Origin: Flaccisagitta enflata
Taxonomy: Eukaryota
NCBI GenBank assembly: GCA_965153355.1
Contig: OZ231126.1
Coordinates: 2,046,001 to 2,110,000 of the forward strand
Length of the DNA stretch: 64,000 bases
Reading direction: 5' to 3'
A program made the position numbers and the translations under genes. Of the stretch, positions 10,107 through 21,640 are shown piece after piece. The notes below the pieces were generated by a model. That model was not told where the DNA came from, did no database searches, and saw only the letters and a program-made list of their open reading frames with translations. Position 1 is the stretch's first letter, and each line of letters opens with the position of its first letter.

Positions 10107-11720
10107 ATGAGCGACGAAAGCGCCGGGAGGGGCGGTCAAAATGATCCGCCGAACTCTAGCGACGACGTCAACACGGCGACGAATTTCATGGCGCCATCGA
10201 TTGGCGCGATGATGCCGCTTCTACCGGGCGAAACAACTGCGCGCGCCAGGAGACGATCCGGCGCGTTGCACGTCGCGGAAACGATGATAAATATGTTTCC
10301 GCAGCCTCGGCGATCGCCGAGACACTCAAATGCGCCAAACCATCAAAATCAATCTGGCGTGAATTTAAACATTGGACAACAACCATCAGCAATGACGGAA
10401 GAAAATGTAAACATGGACTTGGCGTCTACAGATGTTTTCCAATCGGCAATGTCATCAGCTTCAACATCTCAAACGACAAATCCATCATCAATTCCACCAG
10501 AAACAGTTCAAACATCATCAATTCCATCAGCTGGAATAACATCATCAATTCCATCAGCTGGAATAACATCATCAATTCCATCAGCTGGAATTCCATCAGC
10601 AATTCCATCGACTGGAATTTTGTCGACTTTTCCATCAACACATAATCAAACGACAATATCATCAACGGGACATCAATCTGCAATACAATCAACAGAATTA
10701 TCCACGTCTCTTTCATCACATCATCAAAACGTGAATCCGTCAAACCGATCAAATGAAAACACTCACTGGTCTGAACTCACACCATCAATTCCATTCTCGA
10801 CTACGACTACGCCAATGAGCGGAATTCCATTGGCGATTCCATCATCATCTTCAAATCATGAATCGGCACCAATATCACAGAATGTCATGGACTTGACAAA
10901 AGCGCATGTTAATCCATCATCATCCGCGGCAGAATTTAACATGCCGTCATCATCAACAGTATCGATGATTACAACGCTGGGTACTCAAGGAATGGTCGGC
11001 AACGAGCTTGTCAGCAGCTGCCAAAGGAAATTGGCTTTAAATCAGGCCTTGATTAACACAAGCAATAGAAACAACGAAATTCAGTCGTCACCTTTGAGTA
11101 GTGAGGATGAAATGGAAACTTCGACGAGTGCATCGATAACGAGAAACAGATGTATTGATGGGGGTGAGGTCAGAGAAGGCTTGAATAAATTGCATATCGA
11201 CGAAGAATCGAATGACAGCCCGCTGGAAGATGAAAATGTAACAGCGGTTAAAAATCTGCTCGACTCAGAAAAAAGAAACGACGCATATGACCCAGAAAGG
11301 CCAGGCATGTCGTCAGAAGACGGCAGGGTCAGCGCAACAACACATCCCGTCCCAATTACCAATACCAGACGGAGTATGCTTGAAGACCGTCTCTCGGTCA
11401 TATACCCTGAGATAGGGGTGCCGCCGGGTACACAAAACGATGATAGTGCCATGACGGGTCAATTGATCGCTTATTATGAGGAAAATAAAAGGGACATAAA
11501 GAGATATCAAATTCCCTCATTCCCAAACCCAATTGACGCTCTGGTTGAAACCTTCACTACTCATCGTGAACACTACTCAGACGTGATTCAACGTCCTACC
11601 AACAAGAAAAATCGAGAATATTTGAAAAAAGTTCTGGTCGAGCCAGAATTGTTACCTGGCATGGAATCAAGAGCACTCAAGGCTGGAAAAAAGCAGGGCA
11701 CTGTCGGACCAATACTTTAG
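10107..11720 (+). CDS. Ser/Thr/Pro-rich, probably disordered ORF (537 aa as annotated); the last 7 codons come from an inserted transposon, so it is truncated
   Basis: Long intronless ATG-initiated frame with a 27-nt tandem repeat (SSIPSAGIT, ~10514-10620). A CACTGT transposon end starts at 11699 inside the frame. Confidence 0.75.
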   Translation: MSDESAGRGGQNDPPNSSDDVNTATNFMAPSIGAMMPLLPGETTARARRRSGALHVAETMINMFPQPRRSPRHSNAPNHQNQSGVNLNIGQQPSAMTEENVNMDLASTDVFQSAMSSASTSQTTNPSSIPPETVQTSSIPSAGITSSIPSAGITSSIPSAGIPSAIPSTGILSTFPSTHNQTTISSTGHQSAIQSTELSTSLSSHHQNVNPSNRSNENTHWSELTPSIPFSTTTTPMSGIPLAIPSSSSNHESAPISQNVMDLTKAHVNPSSSAAEFNMPSSSTVSMITTLGTQGMVGNELVSSCQRKLALNQALINTSNRNNEIQSSPLSSEDEMETSTSASITRNRCIDGGEVREGLNKLHIDEESNDSPLEDENVTAVKNLLDSEKRNDAYDPERPGMSSEDGRVSATTHPVPITNTRRSMLEDRLSVIYPEIGVPPGTQNDDSAMTGQLIAYYEENKRDIKRYQIPSFPNPIDALVETFTTHREHYSDVIQRPTNKKNREYLKKVLVEPELLPGMESRALKAGKKQGTVGPIL

Positions 11721-11837
11721 GCGCTATGAATTCTTTAATCTTTTTTTATTTTTCACATTTTCCGTATTTTTTCCTAAGATCATTATTTTTTATCAATCTC
11801 AATTTTGGGCCCTACATAACAACAAAAATGAGTTCAG

Positions 11838-12506
11838 CAGAGGGCAGAGGGAGGGAGGGAGAGGGACGGAAGGAGAGGGAGGGAGAGAGAGGGAAGGAGA
11901 GGGAGGGAAGGAGAGGGAGGGAGTGATAGGGAGAGTGGGAGAAGGAGTAAGGTAGGGTGGGAGAGGAAGGGAGAGGGGGAAGGGGGAGGGAGGGACAGGG
12001 AGGGAAGGAGGGAGAGGGAGAGTAGGAGGGAAAGGGGGAGGGGGAGGAAAAGGGAAGGAAAGAGAGAGGGGGAGGGAGGGACAGAGAGAGAGAGAGAGAG
12101 GGAGGGTGAGGGGGAGGGAAAAGAAGGGAGAGAGGGAGGGAGGGGTAGGGGGAGGGAGAGATTGAGGGAGGGAGAGAAGGAGAGAAAGCGGGAGGGAGAG
12201 GGTGAGGGGGAGGGAAAGGGATGGAGTGAGAAAGGGAGGGAGGGAGAGGGAGGGAGGGAAAGGGAGGTAGAGGGGGAGGGGGATGGAGAGTGAGAGGGGG
12301 AGGGAGAGTGAGAGGGGGAGAGAGAGTGAGAGGGGGGTGGTGAGGGAAAGGGAGGGAGCAAGGGAGAGAGGGAGAGGGGCAGGGAGTGAGGGAGGGAGAG
12401 AGGGAGAGAGGGAGAGAGGGAGGGAGAGAGGGAGGGAGAGAGGGAGGGGGAGGGAAGGAGAGAGGGAGGGAGCATGGGAGGGAGACAAAGAGAGAGAGGG
12501 TGAGAG
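11838..12506 (+). repeat. Low-complexity G/A-rich (GGGA-type) tract followed by short (CA)n
   Basis: Nearly pure purine strand with dozens of GGG runs; the overlapping Pro/Leu/Ser or Glu/Arg/Gly ORFs are by-products. Confidence 0.95.
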
Positions 12507-13139
12507 TCACACACACACACACACAAAACAACCCTTACAATTTTTTTCCGGTCGGCGAGAGCCGCCTTTACTGGTAACTGTGGGTTTTTCTGCATTTTTG
12601 AGCAGTATTGGGGTGTATGAGCATGTAACAAGCAAAAATAAAATCATTCCCCAAGCGCTTTTTTAGTAATCTTCAAAATAGAAAAAAAACTGAACCTATC
12701 TTTAATGCAGATTCTTATGAGTTGTACTGACTCATTTTTTGGTTCCATATTGTTTTTCTATATAAAATTTCCTTTCGTTTCATAGGTCACACTATATGGT
12801 TTTATATAGAGATTAGGTTTTCATATTTTGAGCCACCGTTACTTTTTTGTAACGGTGACTCAAAAAATAAAAATTTTAATTTATCGCAAAAGTATTGAGT
12901 GCGACCTATCAAATTAAAGGGAATTTTGCATAGATTAACAATATGGAATAAGAAATTTAGTCAACACATCCCAGAAGAATCTGCATTAAAATAAGGTCTA
13001 TTTTTTTTTTATTTTGAAGATTACTCAAAAAGCGCAAAGGAAATGATTTTGCTTTTGATAGTTTCATGCTCATATACCCCAATACTGCTCAAAAATGCAA
13101 AAAAACCTACAGTTATATGACTTTTCACTCAAAATTGTT

Positions 13140-13467
13140 CAGGCCTGTATATTCTTGAGTTCCCCCCCCCCTGGTGGGGGGGGGGGGAAAGAATCAAAGG
13201 GTCTAGAGATGGGGAAGGTAATCAAAAGGGGAAAAAAGAGAAAAAAAGGAATTTTGGGGAAAATATAACTTTTTACAGTACCAAATCATAAAACTCAATT
13301 AGTAAAACACAATTTAACACTATTTAAACCTTAACTACATAGTTTTATAGCTATATGGGGAAGAAAATCATGGATATAAAAATGTGACGCAACGCGTGGA
13401 AGGGAAGAAAATCAAAAGCAGGGGGGGGGGGAAAAAATCAAAAGCCACTCAAGAATATACACCCCTG
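13140..13467. mobile_element. hAT-type MITE (CAGG terminus, 8-bp TSD) nested in a CAC element
   Basis: CAGGCCTGTATATTCTTGAGT / ACTCAAGAATATACACCCCTG; flanks AAATTGTT and GAATTGTT. Related to the copy at 36115-36437. Confidence 0.85.
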
Positions 13468-13954
13468 GAATTGTTTTAAAAGCACAGTGAGGGCCGGACA
13501 CCAGTCTTTACAACCTCTAGTAATTATCATATATTTGGGTTAGACTCAGAATGGATGTTTGCAAGTTAGTTTTGCTAAATGGAAAACTAGGAGTGATGCG
13601 CGTAGTAACTAGTCGGTGAGGGCTCACAAGGCCCTCTTCCATATTTTTCAGTTTGGGTATAGTGAGGGATATTGTTCTACCTATCATAACATACAAGAGT
13701 CCGTTCCTTAAAAAATATTAAAGCATAAATTTAGAAATTCAACAATGAAGGAAAATAATCGATAATCGCAAAATCGTGAGTATTCAGCTTGGCAGCGATT
13801 TACCAAGGAAACAACTACAATGACAACAAGGATTTTACAAAGGTATCTTTCCCATGAACTGCTGTGGTTGGAGCAGGGGGTGACTTTTACTTGAGCGATT
13901 TTTCAACTAATTGTACACATGGAATCAGTTCCCTTCCAATCATGGTCAACTCGC

Positions 13955-16072
13955 CACTGTACTTTTAAAACAATTCTGGGTGAAAAGTCATAACTGTAGA
14001 TTTTTCTGCATTTGTCAGCAGTATTGGGGTGTAAGAGCATGTAACTAGCAGAAACGCTTTTTGAGTAATCTTCAAAATGGACCAAATTTCAATGCAGATT
14101 CTTTTGAGATGTATTGACTAAATTTCTGATTCCATATTGTTAATCTATGCAAAATTCCCTTTCATTTGTTAGGTCGCACTCTATACTTTTGCAAAGAATT
14201 AAGATTTTTAATTTTGAGTCACCGTTATAAAAAAATAATGATGGCTCAAAATATGAAAACCTAATTTCTATATAAAACCATATAGTGTGACCTACAAAAT
14301 GAGAGGAAATTTTGTATAGAATAATAATTTGGAATCAAAAAATGAGTCAATACAACTCATTAGAATCTGCATTAAAGATAGGTTTAATTTTTTTCTATTT
14401 GGCAAATGTCACGGTTCCACAGCATGCTTGAGGGCCCGACTTTCTGCCAATCTATGTTAGCTCAAGCTTCCGGTACATCATTGTAAATGATTTTAACGGT
14501 TCAAATACATCCACAACTACCAAGTGCACAATTTCAAACCATTTTTTGTGACCCTCCCTACCCCTAGGGGGTCCAAAAATTCAATCAAAGGGCTATTTTT
14601 GGCATGTCTCCATTCTGTCTCCAGTAGAAAAAAGCAAGCAAGACCAATCAAAAAATGTTTTGTCATATGAAATTATGAGTTTTCCCCAACCAGTATCAAT
14701 CCAACAGCATACACAAAAAAATTTAACTCATTACGCCAACGATAAGTTACCAAAAAATGGTAAATCAATCAGATTTAACCCTTCTCGATTTTTTTGCTTT
14801 TTTTCTCTCAAGGCTGAATATCATGGTATTTATCTTTTAAAACCCCCTTTGTCTTAAACATTAAGCATTTTTTCTTTTGCCATTCGTTGGACAACTACTT
14901 GAAGGGCATTCCTCCATTTTCATGTTACTGGGTTGATCCTAAGCAGAGAAATAGCATTTTTCTTGAAGCGTATCAATTCGCGCACACCCCCAAACTTCTT
15001 CCTAACGCTTACCTAACGCTTTAGATATGCCACTATTGTGCCAAAGTGACACAATTCACATGAAAACTGACAACACCATGCGAAAGAGCGTGAAATTTTG
15101 ATTCTACCCTGATAATTTGAAATCTTAACTCTCAAGCGTTTAGCCACAATGAAATTTCATATTTTGTTGGTCCTGAAGTGTGAACAGAATTGATACGCTC
15201 TTCGACGGCGCATCGTAGTTAATTTTTTGTTTCCACACAGCGCTTCTCACACAAATGCGCGATGCTTTTGTTTCTTAATTTGGTAAATTTTTTTAAAATC
15301 AAAATTGGCATATCTCAGGAACTGTTCGAGCTAGCCCATTGAAATTTTGCATGGTTGATACCTGGACCAAGAGGGTCCTTTGCCTAAATTCTGATGCGAC
15401 GTAAAGAATGTCGAGTAGTCCAACCAGACCAACCAGCCTACCAGATGAAAAAATGAAAAAATGGCATAACTTCTAAGATAATTGTCCGATCTGGTTGAAA
15501 TTTTGCATGAAGCTTCCTTCAAAAATTCCTCGTCACGGGCATAAAAAAGAGCTTGGGGAAATAATTTTTTCTTCCAACAGCCCATCCAGCCAGAAATGGT
15601 ACTTATAGAGATTTTTTTAAAAAACTTTAAAAATTCAAAAAAATTTCAGAAACATGATCACATGTTTGCTTGGACGTTATCATTGAGAATTTCACTGTCA
15701 TATTGATTTCTTCATTGTATTTAGCTAATTTTTCTAGTAATAAAATTGCCAACAGTATCTATTTAAGCCTAATTTGCATGAAAAATGAGCGTACTTAAGA
15801 AAATCCAAGTATGGATCCACACATAATAATAGCTAAGCTACATGATGACGTATGGTTTTGCTCAATTTTCAAACATGTAAAATTGATGAATTTCACCCCG
15901 TCCATGGTTGGCTTAGCATGACACCAGCCATTTTGAAGATTTCTCAAAAAGCACTCGGGGAATAATTTTGTTTCTGCTAGTAACATGATCATATACCCCA
16001 GTACTGCTCAAAAATGAAGAAAAACCCACAGTTTTATGACTTTCCACTGAGATTTTTTTTGAAAGCACAGTG
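13955..16072. mobile_element. CAC-terminal long-TIR non-autonomous transposon (Chapaev/CMC-like), copy 2
   Basis: CACTGTACTTTTAAAAC...GAAAGCACAGTG; flanks TCGC / CCGC (4-bp TSD with one mismatch); body near-palindromic once the 14401-15929 insert is removed. Confidence 0.82.
14401..15929. mobile_element. Unclassified insertion with GGC...GCC ends and 4-bp ATTT target duplication
   Basis: Host reads TTCTATTTTGAAG in the intact copy (~23048). Here it is split as CTATTT|GGCAAATGTCA...TGACACCAGCC|ATTTTGAAG, with imperfect TIRs. No transposase recognised. Confidence 0.7.
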
Positions 16073-17509
16073 CCGCTGGCCCATGGTTGTAAGAGCTAAG
16101 AGCGGTAAATTTTTTTCCCCTTTTTAGTCGCGGACACTTGACTCTACACCTTGCCGTGCCGTTGTCGGTTGGTAGGTCGGTTGGTCGGTATACCGCGGTA
16201 GGTCACATTTCTAAATTACGAACGGTTTTTGCATTACTGCTCCTGCCCAACCGTCCGCGACTGGATTGCCGTGTATCCGGCCTTGTTTGTGTACATGCAC
16301 TGTGCTTTTAAAACAATTCTGAGTGAAAAGTCATATAGCTGTGGGTTTTTCTGCACTTTTGAGCAGTATTGGGGTGGAAAAGCATGTAACTAGCAAAAAC
16401 AAAATCATTCCCCAAGTGTTTTTTGAGTAACCTCCAAAATCAGAAAAAAATAGACCCAATTTCAATGAAGATTCTTCTGAGATGAGTTGACTAAATTTTT
16501 GATTCTATAAAGTTAATCTAACAGGGTGTGCAAAATTATCTGGACTTGGCAATTACTTTTCTTAAAAACCCTGTAGAAAAAATGATTTTTGAATGCATGA
16601 AGGGTAGATATAAAAAAAAGTGTCCTTTTAGCATTAAAAACCAAAATTCACAGAAAATAAAAAAGTCAGAAACAAAATTTTTTGGGTAAATTTGACTCAC
16701 TTAAAACACTCCTTTAAAAGATTCATAAAAAAAAACCTGAAATCTTGTTGTTAGTTTTTCTTGCCCTTCAGGCTTAGTTTATTTGCTTTTTTGAGCTCCA
16801 TTGATGTTGATTTAACTTACCTCCCTCAGCATAATGTGTGTTAAGCATAGAAAGTCACTATGGAGTGGTTACTAATACAAAAATCTATGATTTTGCACAA
16901 TGGAATTGGCTTGGGCTTTTTGTATAACATCTGCTAAAATCTGATCTAGGGCGAGTATTGACACAATTTTTTTTTTCAAGAAAACCATTTAGGCAGTATA
17001 TCACTTTGAGCAAGGTTTCAAGTTTGAAAGAAGTGTGTAACATTGTAAAAATAGTGTGTCAATATTGCAACTTTATTCAGATTGAGCAATGGACATCAGT
17101 GGGAGTATGGCCAATAGCAGCATACCATCTTCCAAGTTTCAGCCAATCACAGCTTCCCCAGGGATCCCTGCTGTTTCCCTCCTATTCAAGTAGGGTGAAA
17201 GCACGCACAAAAGGGCAATCTAGTAGGGCCCAAAGTAGTTAAGGATTTCAAATTAACAAGTTAATAGTTAACTAACTACTTTTTTACCTAGTTAACTACT
17301 AAAGTAGTTAAAACCAGCTTAGATCAATATCTAGCCTATTATCTTTAGTAAGCCACTTACTTTAAAGATAAACAGTCGATTTTTTCAGTCTTGTTGAGTT
17401 TTATTAATCTATCATGATGGCGCTAAGCAAATGTGATCAACAACAAGTTCAAGTAGCAAAAAAAATTATGTTTGAAGATAACATCAACGTCAAATCAAAT
17501 CAGTCAAAC

Positions 17510-20500
17510 CTACATTCGAATACAACCAAACAAGGAGCAAATCGATTCAGGACATAAGTCAAAGCTTTTTCAAGTGGTTTCTAAGAAAGCAAAGATTATC
17601 GAGACTTTTGTCAAAGAGAGAAGCTCTCACTTTCGAAACAAACAGTCCGGCCGCACTAAAGGCTCTTTCTTCCTCAACAGAAGTCGGAGGAAGAGTTGAC
17701 GCTGCTTTTTAAACTCTTTCGAAACACAGAGGTCGTTGACCAGTTGCTAAAAAAAATGGCAAATTCATGTTTGATTTTGACAAGAATATCCGACGGAGAT
17801 GAAAATGATGATTTGTTTTGGTCAGCACCCAAATCACGACTCTGGAGGAAATCTCTCAACTCTTCAGCTTTCGATTTTTTTGGAGCCGGCTCAGTTGGTT
17901 CATCAGAGTCAGGCAAAGCGCTATCCTCGTTGGATCCTTGAGACCAAAAGAGACGAACATAAATGTCTCTGATTTTTTTGATAATCTCACTCTTGGGCAG
18001 ATATTTCAAGATGGCATTATCTGCATCCTTGTTGGGTGAAAGATAGAGAAGCACACCCGAGATAAGCCCGTTGCGTCGCTCCATGAGGTGTTGGTGAAGA
18101 ATGTCTAGCATTGCTTGTCCTAAGCCCGACTCATTCTCCTCCAGCTTTTTCAGCATGAACTCAATGACATGATCAGCATCAAGTAGCGAGTAATCGTTTG
18201 AGGCGATTTGAGTAGCACCAATCTCGATTGTTTCAAGCACATCAATCAAGTCTCCTACAATTTTGAGCTCGTCCTCGCTCAGAAAAAGATGTTGCAACGC
18301 AAGGTTGATTAGCGCTTTTTGAATTTCCGGTGAGAGTAAGTGAAAGCGGCGAAACATGGCGAGCAACATATGCCATCGAGTCTTTGTGTCCATGATCAGA
18401 TTCAACTCCTGTCCATGAGTAGGGGGTCATGGTTGGAAAAGGGGTCATTAAACCATCAATTGGACAAAGTTTGTTTGATAATCTAACTTTCCTGACTTCA
18501 TCAGCACTCATTTTGAAGGGCTAATTGCTGAAATGTCCAAATCCTGTTCATTTGTTCATAGACCAAGGTCATGATTGAAAAACGCGCCCTCTGAGAGAAA
18601 GGCGTCACATCCACTGGTTAAAAGTCACTTGTTTTGAAGCCTCTGTGGCTAGATGTCAAGTGTTCCAGTTTTTTTTCTCCCCAATTTGACACTTCCCTTA
18701 CAGGTTAAGGTTGAAAATCTCTTTGATGATAAATTTCTCCTCACAACCACTGCAAGCTTTGCCCAAACCTCCCCAAATTCAATGTTTTTAGTTGTAGCGT
18801 GGATCTGGCAGATATAGAGCTGGGATTTGGACATATGTGCTTTATCAAGTTTTATAGCATGATAATTTCTTAGTAGGGATGTCAATCACAATCAGGAACT
18901 GGTCATATATGGACTTTTCAATCTTCTATGAAAATTTAAGTCACTTCAAGACCCCCTAAATACTTATCCTTAAATTGACCTTACAGCTTTAAAATGGAGC
19001 TTCCAGGCTCAAATTTGAAGGTTAGCTAGGGGGTCATGGTTGGAGAAGGGGTCATTAAACCATCAATTGGACAAAGTTTGTTTGATAATCTAACTTTCCT
19101 GACTTCATCAGCACTCATTTTGAAGGGCTAATTGCTGAAATGTCCAAATCCTGTTCATTTGTTCATAGACCAAGGTCATGATTGAAAAACGCGCCCTCTG
19201 AGAGAAAGGCGTCACATCCACTGGTTAAAAGTCACTTGTTTTGAAGCCTCTGTGGCTAGATGTCAAGTGTTCCAGTTTTTTTTCTCCCCAATTTGACACT
19301 TCCCTTACAGGTTAAGGTTGAAAATCTCTCTTTGATGATAAATTTCTCCTCACAACCACTGCAAGCTTTGCCCAAACCTCCCCAAATTCAATGTTTTTAG
19401 TTGTAGCGTGGATCTGGCAGATATAGAGCTGGGATTTGGACATATGTGCTTTATCAAGTTTTATAGCATGATAATTTCTTAGTAGGGATGTCAATCACAA
19501 TCAGGAACTGGTCATATATGGACTTTTCAATCTTCTATGAAAATTTAAGTCACTTCAAGACCCCCTAAATACTTATCCTTAAATTGACCTTACAGCTTTA
19601 AAATGGAGCTTCCAGGCTCAAATTTGAAGGTTAGCTAGGGGGTCATGGTTGGAAAAGGGGTCATTAAACCATCAATTGGACAAAGTTTGTTTGATAATCT
19701 AACTTTCCTGACTTCATCAGCACTCATTTTGAAGGGCTAATTGCTGAAATGTCCAAATCCTGTTCATTTGTTCATAGACCAAGGTCATGATTGAAAAACG
19801 CGCCCTCTGAGAGAAAGGCGTCACATCCACTGGTTAAAAGTCACTTGTTTTGAAGCCTCTGTGGCTAGATGTCAAGTGTTCCAGTTTTTTTTCTCCCCAA
19901 TTTGACACTTCCCTTACAGGTTAAGGTTGAAAATCTCTCTTTGATGATAAATTTCTCCTCACAACCACTGCAAGCTTTGCCCAAACCTCCCCAAATTCAA
20001 TGTTTTTAGTTGTAGCGTGGATCTGGCAGATATAGAGCTGGGATTTGGACATATGTGCTTTATCAAGTTTTATAGCATGATAATTTCTTAGTAGGGATGT
20101 CAATCACAATCAGGAACTGGTCATATATGGACTTTTCAATCTTCTATGAAAATTTAAGTCACTTCAAGACCCCCTACCATGAGTTTCTTTCACATTTTTC
20201 TGTAGCGTGTCATTTGGAACGGGACTTTGGCGAAAAGCTTTGGAACCAGTCCGGACCTTTTTGACAACTGGTTGAAATCGCCGTTTGAGAACTGGTGGCG
20301 TTTCCGTCTCCATCTCACTTTCGTCATCATCCTCATCTGAACCGTCCTCAGAGTCACTGGGCGGATTTTCCTGTGAGGAAGTGTCGTAGAGAAGATCGCA
20401 AACGGCGAGATGTGCTCCATGTGAAAGACAAAGTTGTTGTTCAACTTCTAGCAGGCGACCAACTTTTTTCATGACTGCAGCACCGTCAGTCACAACGCAA

Positions 20501-21030
20501 AAGATGTGTCGCTTCCTGTCAAGTCCGAAAAGTGCGAGTCTTTCATCAAGAAGTTCCACGGCTTTTTCAGCTGGAAGAGAACCTGTGACACAAACCATTC
20601 CAAGCGACAACATGATTCTCATCATGTAGGTTGATGCTCATGAAGAGTCGATTCTTTATGGAGGTGTACTCATCGAGCGACACACTGAATCTTTCTCCGT
20701 TTTCAGCTCTCTGTGCAAGTTCTTTTTTAAGATCTTCCTTGACAGAGGCCGCGTGATGGAACACAATGTTTTTCACGCCATTCCCGCTTTCAGGCACTTT
20801 GTATCCTCTCGCTTTGAGACCAGCTACAATGTTTTTGCTTTTTGCGATTGTTTTGTAAGGAAGTCTGTTGACAGCACAAAGACGAGAAAGGATCAAACTT
20901 AAATCTTCTTTTTTCGGTTGAAAATGCGAAGATATGGTTGGCTGAGTTGCGGTCACAGTCGATGGCTTTTTTTGCTCGATTTCCACGGAAATTGAATGAG
21001 CTTTATCTAGATGATAACGCAAGGAGCTCG
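17510..21030 (-). pseudogene. hAT transposase pseudogene (frameshifts, internal insertion, 5' end lost)
   Basis: In order: BED-finger tail TSSLRYHLDKAH, FSVSLDEYTS, VVTDGAAVM, CLSHGAHL (CxxH), DTKTRW, and hand-translated C-terminal PPTSVEEERAFSAAG...LDNLCFL dimerisation motif. Confidence 0.93.
18420..20176. mobile_element. Three head-to-tail ~540-bp TAGGGGGTC...GACCCCCTA units joined by an identical ~68-bp linker, bounded by one 7-bp TSD
   Basis: Units start at 18420, 19027 and 19636 and are nearly identical. CCATGAG at 18413-18419 and 20177-20183; removal restores the transposase frame VKETHGQELNLIMDTKTRW. Confidence 0.9.
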
Positions 21031-21031
21031 T

Positions 21032-21640
21032 GAATTGTCCAAGCAATTGGAGGCTGTACAATCCAAGGCGACAGCACTAGTCATGGGACTCAAGAAGCTG
21101 AACTCGGAAGAAAGGCGGAAGAAGCTTGGACTGATGACGTTGGAACAAAGGAGGGAAAGGGGTGATCTGATCGAGGTATTTAAGATCCTCCATGGCCTGA
21201 CAAGGATAGACCCCGGGCACTTCTGGGAAGTCAGAAATGCAAGGGGGGTCCAAGATTGGTCAAGGCATTGGCGGAGAATGGACGGAAGCAGAGGCAATCC
21301 TTCTTCTCGTATAGAGTTATTCAAAAATGGAATCTCTTGGGAGCGGAACTTAAAACTGCGCCCTCCCTGGAAAGCTTCAAGAGACGGTTGGATGAGAGGC
21401 TGCTTGGCAGCAATTAGCTGACGGATGGGTGAATCAAAAGTGGTAGAAATTGCATCCTGGGAAGTGAGAGGCCGCTAGGTCTGGCCCTCACAGAACAGGT
21501 GGAAGTGGGTGACTTGTAAATAGGTAACCTTGGAATAGTGAGAGAGCCGCTTTGGCCCTCACAAAAATGATTGCTGGTGCTATCCTGGTGGCACCTCCTA
21601 CCCTTGTCGTTGATGGATGTTGGTGATTTTCATCGGCCGT
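21032..21640 (+). mobile_element. 3' fragment of a CR1-clade LINE (ORF2 C-terminus plus probable 3' UTR); boundaries approximate
   Basis: LEAVQSKATALVMGLKKLNSEERRKKLGLMTLEQRRERGDLIEVFKILHG and, after a frameshift, FFSYRVIQKWNLL: the typical CR1 post-RT motifs. Confidence 0.85.

Larger units (their letters stand above)
11699..13489. mobile_element. CAC-terminal non-autonomous DNA transposon (Chapaev/CMC-like), chimeric left arm with a long purine tract
   Basis: Begins CACTGTC, ends CACAGTG, AGGG on both flanks (11695-11698, 13490-13493). 12574-13489 matches the long-TIR family at 13955 and 16298; the first ~870 bp do not. Confidence 0.65.

Noticed and set aside
11726-12666. Pro/Leu/Ser-rich and Glu/Arg/Gly-rich ORFs
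   Set aside because: Open in many frames because of the low-complexity purine tract.
13494-13954. Further exons of the minus-strand orphan gene or a decayed transposase
   Set aside because: Short open stretches exist but phases did not match and no motif was recognisable.
16298-16360. RAG/Transib transposon with true RSS
   Set aside because: No nonamer at 12/23 spacing, TSD is 4 bp not 5 bp, and no RAG-like ORF is present.
18649-20103. Three repeated 60-78 aa ORFs as a gene family
   Set aside because: TTG starts, a frame-changing 2-nt indel between units, no recognisable motif.
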